From Candidatus Eiseniibacteriota bacterium (GTDB taxonomy: Bacteria > Eisenbacteria > RBG-16-71-46 > CAZAMP01), in the NCBI GenBank assembly GCA_965224245.1, contig OZ245046.1, positions 4,320,001 to 4,384,000 on the forward strand: a stretch of DNA of 64,000 nt. The letters run 5' to 3'. This document shows, one piece after another, positions 36,428 through 44,634 of the stretch (its first letter is position 1; each line of letters starts with the position of its first letter). The position numbers were made by a program, and so were the translations under genes. The notes below the pieces were generated by a model. It searched no databases, was not told where the DNA came from, and worked only from the letters and a program-made list of their open reading frames with translations.

Positions 36428-37690
36428 TCACGCCACCGACGACTGGATCCGGGGCGTCGAGGCATCCCGGGAAGTCCGGGACTCGGTCGACGCGCCGAGT
36501 ACGGCCATGCGATTGATCACCCACCGGAACACCCAGATCTCGGCGCTGACGACACCCATCACCACGACGATCTCCATCCAGGTGGGGACGTAGTGGTGCA
36601 CGGCGTCGTAGCGGAACGCGATCACCGACACGTTCAGGCGATTCAGGACCACGCCGGCCAGCGTCAGGACGGACGCGACCCGGATGACCTTCTGCCGCCG
36701 CGTCGCCGCTCCGTACGCGAACAGCACCATCGGCACCGCAACCAGACCCAGGATCTCGAGCGTCCACCAGCCCGCGTAGAACCCCGAGAGATCACGCCAG
36801 TGCTGTCCGTGCAGGAAGTTGAGCGCCAGCAGGAACAGATACGCGAACATCGCACCGGCGCAGATTCGCGCCAGCCCGACGACGATGTCGCGATGGGCCG
36901 AGATCAGCTTCAGGCTCATCCGGTGAAAGAACGCTCGGTGGGTCAGCGTGCCCTCGAGGATCACCATCGAGAGACCGGCGAACACGCTCGAGACCACGAA
37001 CAGCACGGGCAGGAACTCCGAGTACCAGAGCGGATGGAGCTTCTGCTTCGCCATCAGATAGAGGGCGCCCAGGCCGGACTGGTGCAGGAGCGACAGCGTG
37101 ATCCCGAGGATCACGGCGCCCACCGTCATCCGGGCCAGGACCCGGCGTGCGCGCTCGGCGCCGAACCACTCGGCGATCGCGGGCGAGAACTCCACCAGCT
37201 CGGCCAGCATGTACAGAAGGAAGTGCCATGCGACCAGGAACAGGACCGACGTCATCCCGAACGAGTTTCCGATGATCGGGTTGACGACGTGCCACGGCCG
37301 GCCGAGGTCCAGAACGAGCGCTCCGGCATAGAACACGTACGCCAGGAAGCCGTTCAGCACCGTGACCCGGACGATCGGCTTGTACGCCTCGAGGCGCAGG
37401 ATGTAGACGAGGAACGTCACCATGTACGCGCCACCGGCCAGCGCCACGCCGGCCATGACGTCGAAACCGATCCAGAGGCCCCACGGAACGTCCTGGGACA
37501 GGTTCGTCACCGCCCCCAGACCGTAGGCGAAGCGGATCGCGATGATCACCGCCGCCGCGAGCATGAGGACGGCGGTGATCAGATTGAACGGCGTCAGCAC
37601 ACGCCCCTTCGGACGCAGCTCTCGTCTCAGGAACGCACGTGTTCCCAGACGCTGACGCGGATGAACGGGCATCGGCACGACGGCGCTCAT
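36428..37690 (-). CDS. NrfD/PsrC family membrane subunit (HybB/HmcC-like)
   Basis: 'GLGAVTNLSQDVPWGLWIGFDV..GVALAGG', 'DLGRPW', 'LHQSGLG', 'HPLWYS', 'NRLNV', 'YVPTWMEI'. Confidence 0.9.
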   Translation of the reverse strand: MSAVVPMPVHPRQRLGTRAFLRRELRPKGRVLTPFNLITAVLMLAAAVIIAIRFAYGLGAVTNLSQDVPWGLWIGFDVMAGVALAGGAYMVTFLVYILRLEAYKPIVRVTVLNGFLAYVFYAGALVLDLGRPWHVVNPIIGNSFGMTSVLFLVAWHFLLYMLAELVEFSPAIAEWFGAERARRVLARMTVGAVILGITLSLLHQSGLGALYLMAKQKLHPLWYSEFLPVLFVVSSVFAGLSMVILEGTLTHRAFFHRMSLKLISAHRDIVVGLARICAGAMFAYLFLLALNFLHGQHWRDLSGFYAGWWTLEILGLVAVPMVLFAYGAATRRQKVIRVASVLTLAGVVLNRLNVSVIAFRYDAVHHYVPTWMEIVVVMGVVSAEIWVFRWVINRMAVLGASTESRTSRDASTPRIQSSVA

Positions 37691-37691
37691 G

Positions 37692-38606
37692 TCAGGCCTC
37701 CCCCGAGGGATCGGTCCACTCGGTCGTCGAGTTCGTTCCGCCGGACGCGCTCGCGTGCGAGTCGCTCGCGACCCGCGATCCGGTCGCACCGCGCAGTCCC
37801 AGGAGCGCCATCGGCACCAGTCCGATCACCACGGGCACCGCCGTGAGGAAGTCCCGCGTCAGCTCCGGGTAGGACGTGTCGTCGAGATCCGTGGGGAAGC
37901 CGAGCTCCGCGAAGTCCACCTTCGAGATGTAGAGCCAGCCGGTTCCCCCGGCCTCGTGCTCACCGTAGATGTGCGGGACGTACTCGTCGTCCTCGGCCAG
38001 CCGTGCGCGCGCGATCCGGAGCAGCCCGGACCGGCGACCGAAGGTCAGCGCCTCGGCCGGGCACTCCTCCACACAGGCCGGCTGCTCCCCCTCCTTCAAG
38101 CGTTCCCAGCACATCGTGCACTTCTCGATCCGGGGGTTCCGGCTGTGGTACTCGAACTTCGGCACGTCGAACGGGCACGAGATCATGCAGTAGCGGCACC
38201 CCATGCACTTGTCGCCGTTCCACACCACCGGTCCGTCCGGTGTCCTGGACAGCGCCTTGGTCAGGCAGCCGGCCGCGCAAGCGGGCTGGAGACAGTGCAT
38301 GCACTGACGCCGGACGTAGACGTCACCCTTGCTCGTCTGGAACCGGGAGACCGCCACCCGTCGCCGGTCGCTGGTCGTGCGGAATCCCACCTCGTCGAGG
38401 TCGACGTCCTCCGGCTCGGGGAGGCCGTTGGCCTCGGCGCAGGCGTACTCGCAGCTCCGGCAACCCTCGCAGAGGCTGAGATCCACGAGGACACCCCAGC
38501 CGTCGACGTCGACTCCATCATCCGCGCTCGCTCGTGACGCCCCCGGGCGGGCAATGGACGCGCTGCCCATCACCGCGAGCGTCTGAAGAAAGCTACGCCG
38601 CTTCAT
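37692..38606 (-). CDS. Tat-exported 4x[4Fe-4S] protein (HybA/HmcB/NrfC-like) with C-terminal TM
   Basis: 'MKRRSFL' Tat motif; CEGCRSCEYAC, CMHCLQPACAAGC, CMGCRYCMISCP, KCTMC..PACVEECP; 'IYGEHEAGGT'. Confidence 0.92.
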   Translation of the reverse strand: MKRRSFLQTLAVMGSASIARPGASRASADDGVDVDGWGVLVDLSLCEGCRSCEYACAEANGLPEPEDVDLDEVGFRTTSDRRRVAVSRFQTSKGDVYVRRQCMHCLQPACAAGCLTKALSRTPDGPVVWNGDKCMGCRYCMISCPFDVPKFEYHSRNPRIEKCTMCWERLKEGEQPACVEECPAEALTFGRRSGLLRIARARLAEDDEYVPHIYGEHEAGGTGWLYISKVDFAELGFPTDLDDTSYPELTRDFLTAVPVVIGLVPMALLGLRGATGSRVASDSHASASGGTNSTTEWTDPSGEA

Positions 38607-39369
38607 GCTCACCCCCAAAGAAGCTCGTGCGTACGTGCTCCCACTGGGCGTCTCCGATCAGTCGGTGCAGCTCGTCCACGAGCGCACCGCCGTCGGCGAC
38701 GACCGGCGAGTGCTCGTCCCCCGAGAGGACGGCGATGAGACGATCGACCTCTCCCTTGAACCAGTCCCGCGCGCGGCGACCCAGGAGGAGATCGCAGCGC
38801 GGCTCGCTCGCGTCGTCGCACGCGACCCGGAGGGCCCAGCCTCTCGCGTAGGGATCCCGGTTGACCAGTCCGGCGTCGGACCGGAGCGCGTCGTTCACGA
38901 ACTCCACGCGCCCGGAGATCGGTGATGTCAGCTCGATCCAGCGAGATCGGGCACGGAGACGGATCGCGGGCTTTCCGCGCTCGACGCGATCCCCGGGAAC
39001 GGGGAGCTCGATGCCGTGGAGCGGCCCCAGGAGACGCGGTGCCAGATCGTCGGATCCCACGATCGCGGTGCCGGGCAGGAACCGGACCCAGGCGTGTCCG
39101 CGATCGAGCGCCACGTCGGTCCCCAGACGAAGTCCCTTGTGGAGGATCTCCGCGGCCGACATCGCACCGAAGCGCTCGCGGAAACCCGGGCTCACGGCGT
39201 ACGCGACCGCCACCGCCACCAATGCACTGGCGAACGCGACCAGGAGCGCGACGCGGACTGCCACGACGAGAAACGCGAGCAGCGGTAGGGCGAGCAGCAC
39301 GAGAACCGCCCCGGTGATCACGACCGTCGTGAGGATCGCGTGCCGGCTTCGGCTGCTAGTGCGTGACAT
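38593..39369 (-). CDS. Second membrane-anchored glycine-cleavage-H-like protein (no lipoyl Lys)
   Basis: Long N-terminal hydrophobic stretch; 'GHAWV', 'VGSDDLA', 'SPISGRV..VN', 'DPYARGW', 'ADGG'; GGAGG RBS. Confidence 0.82.
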   Translation of the reverse strand: MSRTSSRSRHAILTTVVITGAVLVLLALPLLAFLVVAVRVALLVAFASALVAVAVAYAVSPGFRERFGAMSAAEILHKGLRLGTDVALDRGHAWVRFLPGTAIVGSDDLAPRLLGPLHGIELPVPGDRVERGKPAIRLRARSRWIELTSPISGRVEFVNDALRSDAGLVNRDPYARGWALRVACDDASEPRCDLLLGRRARDWFKGEVDRLIAVLSGDEHSPVVADGGALVDELHRLIGDAQWEHVRTSFFGGEHEAA

Positions 39370-39417
39370 GACGCCTCCCTTCCCCCGCATGTCGGGGAAC
39401 GACCGCCCTCACCTCTT

Positions 39418-39434
39418 CGCATGTGGCGCGCCAG
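39418..39434 (-). promoter_or_regulatory. Candidate sigma54 promoter for the gcvH-like/hybAB-like operon
   Basis: Minus strand CTGGCGCGCCACATGCG (GG-N10-GC), about 50 bp upstream of ATG 39369. Confidence 0.6.
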
Positions 39435-39543
39435 TCCGCCCGGGAGAGCCCCACGGATCGTGCAACCGGCCATCACGCGAACGCTTGCGTTCGATCGTCC
39501 GGAGATCGGGGAGGACGCCCGCTGGCGGGAGGCGGCCCCGGGC

Positions 39544-39579
39544 GTCGAGAATCTCGACACCGGTGTGGAGGATCTCCAC
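39544..39579. promoter_or_regulatory. Tandem 15-bp palindromes, candidate enhancer (UAS) for the NtrC-type activator
   Basis: GTCGAGAATCTCGAC (39544-39558) and GTGGAGGATCTCCAC (39565-39579), 21 bp apart, 110-145 bp from the -24 element. Confidence 0.6.
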
Positions 39580-39687
39580 GACCACGCGGTGGCGCGGCGT
39601 CGGGGCTCGGGATTCCCCTATACCCGCGTTTGCCGGAAAGGTCTTTCCTGAACGCGGGGTGTGCCTTCTCGAGTCGGCGAGGATGTC

Positions 39688-41370
39688 ATGCGATCTCCCA
39701 TCGGCGTCCGGGCCTCGCGGCTGGGTGCCCGGCTGTTTCTGCCTCTGGTCGCGATCGTGGCCGTCACGTTCGCGATGCACGCAGTGGTGAACTACCGGAC
39801 CTCGCGCAACGAGCTTCTCGGCTTCCTCCGATCGAACGCCGATCAGTCGAGCGATCTGATCCGGCGCGCCACCCACGACGGAATGCTCCTGAACCGGCTG
39901 GACGACGTGCAGGACACGATCACGCGCATCGTCGAGGGTCCGGGCATGGCGGCCATCCGCGTATACGACAAGGCCGGCGCCGTCGTCCTGTCGGCCCATC
40001 GGGACGAGATCGGCCAGCGGGCACCGATCACGTCGGACACGTGCGAGAGCTGTCACCAGCCCAATCACACGACCGAGGTCGGGCGCCTCGAGCGAAGCGG
40101 TCTGGCGCGGCTCTCGCGAGGCGAGGAGGTACTTCGCCACCTGTCGGTGATCCCGAACGAGCCCGCCTGTGCCGCCCCGGGCTGTCACGCGTCGCCCGAC
40201 GAGGCGCCGATCCTCGGCGTCCTCGACATCGAGATGTCGATGCAGCCGGTAGAGTCCACTTTGCGCGCGGCGCAGGCCCGGATCGCCCTGACCACGTTCG
40301 CGCTGATCGTGCTGATCGGATGGGCGTGCTGGGTGTTCATCGACCGGTTCGTGCATCGACCGGTCGCGGCGCTCACCGAGGGCACGCGACGGATCGCGAG
40401 CGGCGACCTCGAGACGCGGATCCGCGTGGAGGGCGGCCACGAGTTCGCCGACCTCGCGGGGTCCTTCAACGCGATGTCCGAGGATCTCCTGGCCGCCAAG
40501 CGCGAGCTCGAGACGTGGTCGCGCACGCTGGAGGAGAAGGTGCTGGACAAGTCGGCCGAGCTCCAGCGCGCGCACCGTCAGGTGCTCCACATGGAGAAGA
40601 TGGCGTCGCTCGGCAAGCTGTCGGCCACGGTGGCTCACGAGCTCAACAACCCGATCACGGGGATGGTGAACTACACGCGTCTGATCGAGCGCGAGCTCGG
40701 ACGGCAGCCGCTGGCGATGACCACGAAGGACGAGCTACTGCGCTACCTCGGTTTTCTCCACCGCGAGTGCCTCCGGTGCGGGAAGATCGTGTCGAACCTG
40801 TTGCTCTTCGCCAGGCGAACCGGCACCGAGATGGCCCCGGTGGATCTCCGCGTCGTGCTGGACCAGAGCCTGATGCTGATCGATCACCATCTGCACGTCA
40901 GCGGCGTCCAGCTGGAGAAGAAGCTGCCCGACCGCGACCTCACGGTCATCGCCGACGCGGGAGAGCTCCAGCAGGCGCTCGTGGCCTTGTTGATCAACGC
41001 GGTGGAGTCGATGGCGGGTCCGGACGCGGTCGACGAGCGGCTGACCGTCGAGGTCGTGGTCGAGGACGACGCGGTGCGAGTGGACATCCGCGACACCGGG
41101 GCCGGGATCGCCGCCGACGTGCTGCCGCACATCTTCGAGCCCTTCTACTCGACGAAGGACGAGGAGGGCGGCGTCGGGCTCGGGCTGGCGGTGGTCTACG
41201 GGATCGTCCAGCGTCACGGAGGCCGCATCGACGTCGAGTCGGAGACGGGGAGCGGCACCACGTTCCACCTGTGGATCCCGAGGGGCATCGAGTCGTTCGA
41301 ACCGCGGCCGGGGCCCGACGACCGGCTGTCGGTGGTGGGTGGACCTCGCCGGGGAGGAGCGACGTCATGA
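39688..41370 (+). CDS. HAMP sensor histidine kinase with periplasmic haem-c-type motifs
   Basis: Two TMs; periplasmic 'CESCH' and 'CAAPGCH'; H-box 'AHELNNP'; 'DTGAGI', 'FEPFYSTK', 'GLGL'. Confidence 0.92.
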   Translation: MRSPIGVRASRLGARLFLPLVAIVAVTFAMHAVVNYRTSRNELLGFLRSNADQSSDLIRRATHDGMLLNRLDDVQDTITRIVEGPGMAAIRVYDKAGAVVLSAHRDEIGQRAPITSDTCESCHQPNHTTEVGRLERSGLARLSRGEEVLRHLSVIPNEPACAAPGCHASPDEAPILGVLDIEMSMQPVESTLRAAQARIALTTFALIVLIGWACWVFIDRFVHRPVAALTEGTRRIASGDLETRIRVEGGHEFADLAGSFNAMSEDLLAAKRELETWSRTLEEKVLDKSAELQRAHRQVLHMEKMASLGKLSATVAHELNNPITGMVNYTRLIERELGRQPLAMTTKDELLRYLGFLHRECLRCGKIVSNLLLFARRTGTEMAPVDLRVVLDQSLMLIDHHLHVSGVQLEKKLPDRDLTVIADAGELQQALVALLINAVESMAGPDAVDERLTVEVVVEDDAVRVDIRDTGAGIAADVLPHIFEPFYSTKDEEGGVGLGLAVVYGIVQRHGGRIDVESETGSGTTFHLWIPRGIESFEPRPGPDDRLSVVGGPRRGGATS

Positions 41371-42734
41371 GCGCGTCCGAGGGACGCATCCTGATCGTGG
41401 ACGACGAGTTCTCGGTCCGGGATTCCCTGACGAACTGGTTCGGAAAAGACGGCTACGACGTGACCGCGGCGGAGAACGCGGCGGAGGCGCTCCGATCCCT
41501 GGAGGGCGGCTCGTACGACGTCGTGCTCCTCGACATCAAGATGCCGGGGATGGACGGCATGGCGCTCCTGGAGCGTGTCCGCGAGATCGACCCGAGCATG
41601 GCGGTGATCATGATGACCGCATTCGCATCGGTGGAGACCGCGGTACGCGCGCTGAAGGAAGGTGCGTTCGACTACGTCACCAAGCCCATCGATCCGGACG
41701 AGCTCTCCCATCTCGTGCGCCGCGCGATCGATCAGCGCCGCCTGCGCGACGAGAACCTCCGGCTCCGCGAGACCCTGGACGAGGTCACCGGCGTCCCGCC
41801 CATCATCGGCGACAGCCCGGCCATCCGCGAGGTGATGCGCCTCGTGGACCAGGTGGCCGGGACCGACGCCACGGTCCTCGTCCTCGGCGAGAGCGGCACC
41901 GGCAAGGAGCTCATCGCGCGGGCGATTCACGCCGCGAGCCCCCGCCGCTACTTCCCCCTGGTCCCGGTGAACTGCGGCGCGCTCCCGGCGGAGCTCCTGG
42001 AGAGCGAGCTCTTCGGCCACGAGAAAGGCGCGTTCACCGGGGCCCAGCAACGTCGCAAGGGACGCATCGAGATGGCCGGCGGGGGCACGCTGTTCCTGGA
42101 CGAGGTGGGGGCCATTCCACCCCGGATGCAGGTCGATCTCCTTCGGGTGCTCGAGACCCACGAGTTCACCCGTCTCGGCAGCTCACAGCCGATCCACGCC
42201 GACTTCCGCGTGATCTGTGCGACCAACGAGGACCTGGAGAAGGCGGTCGCGGACGGTCGGTTCCGCGAGGACTTCTTCTACCGCATCAACGTGTTCACGA
42301 TCCTGGCGCCGCCGCTCAGGAGCCGTCGCTCGGACATCCGCCTCCTCGCCGAGCACTTCCTCGACGAGCTCGGCCGCAAGATGAACAAGCGCTTCACCGG
42401 CTTCGCGCCAGACGCCATGGAGCTTCTGACCAGCTACCACTGGCCGGGCAACGTGCGCGAGCTGTACAACGCGATCGAGCGGGCGATGGTCGTGGGCCGG
42501 CCGCCGACGATCCGGTCGGACGACATGCCGGTGTGGCGCTCGCGCGCCGGGGTCGAGACACACAGCGCCCGCCTCGCCGACATCGAGCGGCGGCACATCG
42601 GCAAGGTGCTCGACGAGACCGGATGGAACATCACCCGGGCGGCCGAGCTGCTCGACATCGACCGGGCCACCGTCTACAGCAAGATCAAGAAGTATGATCT
42701 GGAGCCGCCTCAGGCGCGCACGAACGGCACATGA
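41367..42734 (+). CDS. Sigma54-dependent NtrC/AtoC family response regulator
   Basis: Receiver 'ILIVDDE...LLDIKMP'; GESGTGKE, GAFTGA, 'WPGNVREL'; Fis-type HTH; ATGA overlap with kinase. Confidence 0.95.
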   Translation: MSASEGRILIVDDEFSVRDSLTNWFGKDGYDVTAAENAAEALRSLEGGSYDVVLLDIKMPGMDGMALLERVREIDPSMAVIMMTAFASVETAVRALKEGAFDYVTKPIDPDELSHLVRRAIDQRRLRDENLRLRETLDEVTGVPPIIGDSPAIREVMRLVDQVAGTDATVLVLGESGTGKELIARAIHAASPRRYFPLVPVNCGALPAELLESELFGHEKGAFTGAQQRRKGRIEMAGGGTLFLDEVGAIPPRMQVDLLRVLETHEFTRLGSSQPIHADFRVICATNEDLEKAVADGRFREDFFYRINVFTILAPPLRSRRSDIRLLAEHFLDELGRKMNKRFTGFAPDAMELLTSYHWPGNVRELYNAIERAMVVGRPPTIRSDDMPVWRSRAGVETHSARLADIERRHIGKVLDETGWNITRAAELLDIDRATVYSKIKKYDLEPPQARTNGT

Positions 42735-42804
42735 TCGCGCATCCGCCGACCGCGGCGACCGCGCCGCGCCCGCGTCGCGCACGCGTGAACGCCCCCGGGG
42801 AGAC

Positions 42805-43347
42805 GTGCAGCCCTCCGCTCCTCTGCGGCTGGTGCCGTTCTACCTCGGCTCCCACGCAGGGCTCGTCTCCCGGCTCTCGGACGGCCTGACACACGCGTTC
42901 GGGCTTCGCGTGGAGCAGCACCCACCGGCGTTCGATCCCGAGATCGCCTACGACGCGTCGCGGGGGCAGTACAACTCGCGGGCCCTCCTCGCCCAGCTTC
43001 TCGCCGAGGCGCCGGACGAGGAGGGGCACATCCTCGGCGTCACGGGACTGGATCTCTTCATCCCCGTGCTCACGTTCGTGTTCGGGGAGGCGCAGCTCGG
43101 GGGCCGGGTTGCCGTCGTGTCGACCTATCGGCTCGACGACGTCGTCTACGGGCTGCCGGCGGCGCCGGAGCTACTTCTCGATCGCCTGGTGAAAGAGGCC
43201 GTTCACGAGCTGGGACACACGTTCGGGCTCGTGCACTGTCACGATCCCACGTGCGTGATGACCAGCTCGACTCAGGTGGACGGGATCGATCTCAAGACGA
43301 ACCGGTTCTGCTCCGCCTGCCAGGACCGCGTGCTGGCGCGCCCGTGA
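42805..43347 (+). CDS. Archaemetzincin (M54) zinc metalloprotease
   Basis: 'RGQYNS', 'DLFIPVLTFVFGEA', 'KEAVHELGHTFGLVHC..PTCVM', 'FCSAC'. Confidence 0.9.
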   Translation: MQPSAPLRLVPFYLGSHAGLVSRLSDGLTHAFGLRVEQHPPAFDPEIAYDASRGQYNSRALLAQLLAEAPDEEGHILGVTGLDLFIPVLTFVFGEAQLGGRVAVVSTYRLDDVVYGLPAAPELLLDRLVKEAVHELGHTFGLVHCHDPTCVMTSSTQVDGIDLKTNRFCSACQDRVLARP

Positions 43348-43489
43348 TCCGTCGATCTCGACCCGGCTGGCGCGTGCGACCACGGGCATCGATCTCGAGA
43401 GGGTTCGGTCCTGCGCGGCCTGCCCGGGGCCGCGTGACCGTGCGACCGGCATCCCCGCTCGGCGGCGACTCCTCCGGACGGGCCCGGAA

Positions 43490-44365
43490 TCAGCCCTGGG
43501 CTCCCCGGTCGCCGCTGCCGCGTCGCTTGCGCCAGTCCCCCCGAGGCTCGCCCTGCCAGGCGAGCATCGCCTGGAGGCTGGTCGCGAAGCCGTCGATGCC
43601 CGGGAACAAGCTCAGGCGGTTCACGTTCAGGCGGTTCAGCCACGCGAGCAGGTACCACTGATTGTCGAGGGTGATGGGGATCTCGATCTTGATCACACGC
43701 GTCCGCAGCACGGTGGGCGTGCCGAGCGACCGGAGGTTGCTCATGAACGACTTGCCCGGATTCATGGGGACCAGGAACACGCCTTGCTGCACGGCCAGCC
43801 GCTCGTTGACGTAGTACGGCACCAGCGGAACCACGAGGGTCGGCTCCTCCTCCAGGAGCACCGTGACCGCCGCGGGACTCTTGAGCTTCGGATCGATCCG
43901 GAGGGCCTCCCGCACGGCCGGCACCTTGCTGCGCCGGAGCCGATCGAACATCCACTGCTGGTCGATGGCCCAGACCGCGCACGTGTCACCGGGGTTGGCC
44001 TGCTCGATCGCGAAGAAGAGCGCGATGTGAAACGAGTACGTCCAGTCGAGCAGTCGCGTGGGCGCGCCGTGATGCTGCATGAGCGCGTACCACTCCATGA
44101 AGTCGTCCGCACGCGGGACGCGTCCCGTGAACCGATGGAGGTGTCTGACGAAGTGGCGGAAGACGCGCCACTCGAGATACGCCTGATGTGAGAGCGGCCT
44201 GCCGAAGCGGTCGGTCGCGATCCGCTCCAGGCTCGGCTTGAGATCCCAGCTCGAACTCCCCTGGCCGCGAAACACCCACTGGATGCTCGGATCGGAGAAG
44301 CGCGCCTCGATCAGATCCTGAACCGACTGCCACGAGTCGCAGCTCTCGACGTGATACCAGGTCAT
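43490..44365 (-). CDS. FRG domain protein
   Basis: 'WVFRGQ', 'MQHHGAPTRLLDWT', 'ALFFA', 'NERLAVQQGVF', 'SLFPGIDG'; AGGAGG RBS. Confidence 0.9.
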   Translation of the reverse strand: MTWYHVESCDSWQSVQDLIEARFSDPSIQWVFRGQGSSSWDLKPSLERIATDRFGRPLSHQAYLEWRVFRHFVRHLHRFTGRVPRADDFMEWYALMQHHGAPTRLLDWTYSFHIALFFAIEQANPGDTCAVWAIDQQWMFDRLRRSKVPAVREALRIDPKLKSPAAVTVLLEEEPTLVVPLVPYYVNERLAVQQGVFLVPMNPGKSFMSNLRSLGTPTVLRTRVIKIEIPITLDNQWYLLAWLNRLNVNRLSLFPGIDGFATSLQAMLAWQGEPRGDWRKRRGSGDRGAQG

Positions 44366-44532
44366 CCGCACACCTCCTGTGCCGGTCGAACCCGGACCAT
44401 ACACCGGGCAGGGCGACCGTTCGACGGTCGTGAGACGCCCCCGGCCGGGGGGGGGCACCCGGCCGGGGCCGATGCCGACCGGACCGCATGCCGTGCCCCA
44501 CAGATCGCTTCGTTCAGCGGGGACGTCCGTCC

Positions 44533-44562
44533 GTGTGATTCCGGTACCCCCCACGCGCCCAA
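44533..44562 (+). promoter_or_regulatory. Candidate ECF-sigma promoter (copy 1)
   Basis: GTGTGATTCCGG-N10-GCGCCCAA; flanks and spacing identical to the copy at 48567-48596. Confidence 0.7.
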
Positions 44563-44634
44563 TCCGAGCGACCACCCGGGCGTGCCGGCGGAGGCCGCCC
44601 GCACTGACGGCATCCACGTTACAGGAGGCACGAC

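Noticed and set aside
39423-41366. Apparent 1103-aa N-terminally extended response regulator
   Set aside because: The extension is an off-frame read over the kinase; the real start is ATG 41367 with a GGAGGAG RBS and ATGA overlap
43484-43492. Extra TGATTCCGG (minus strand) resembling the ECF -35 element
   Set aside because: It is formed by the FRG stop codon, lacks the GCGCCCAA half and precedes no gene; it also shows the 9-mer alone can arise by chance, so the partial copy at 51599-51620 is weak
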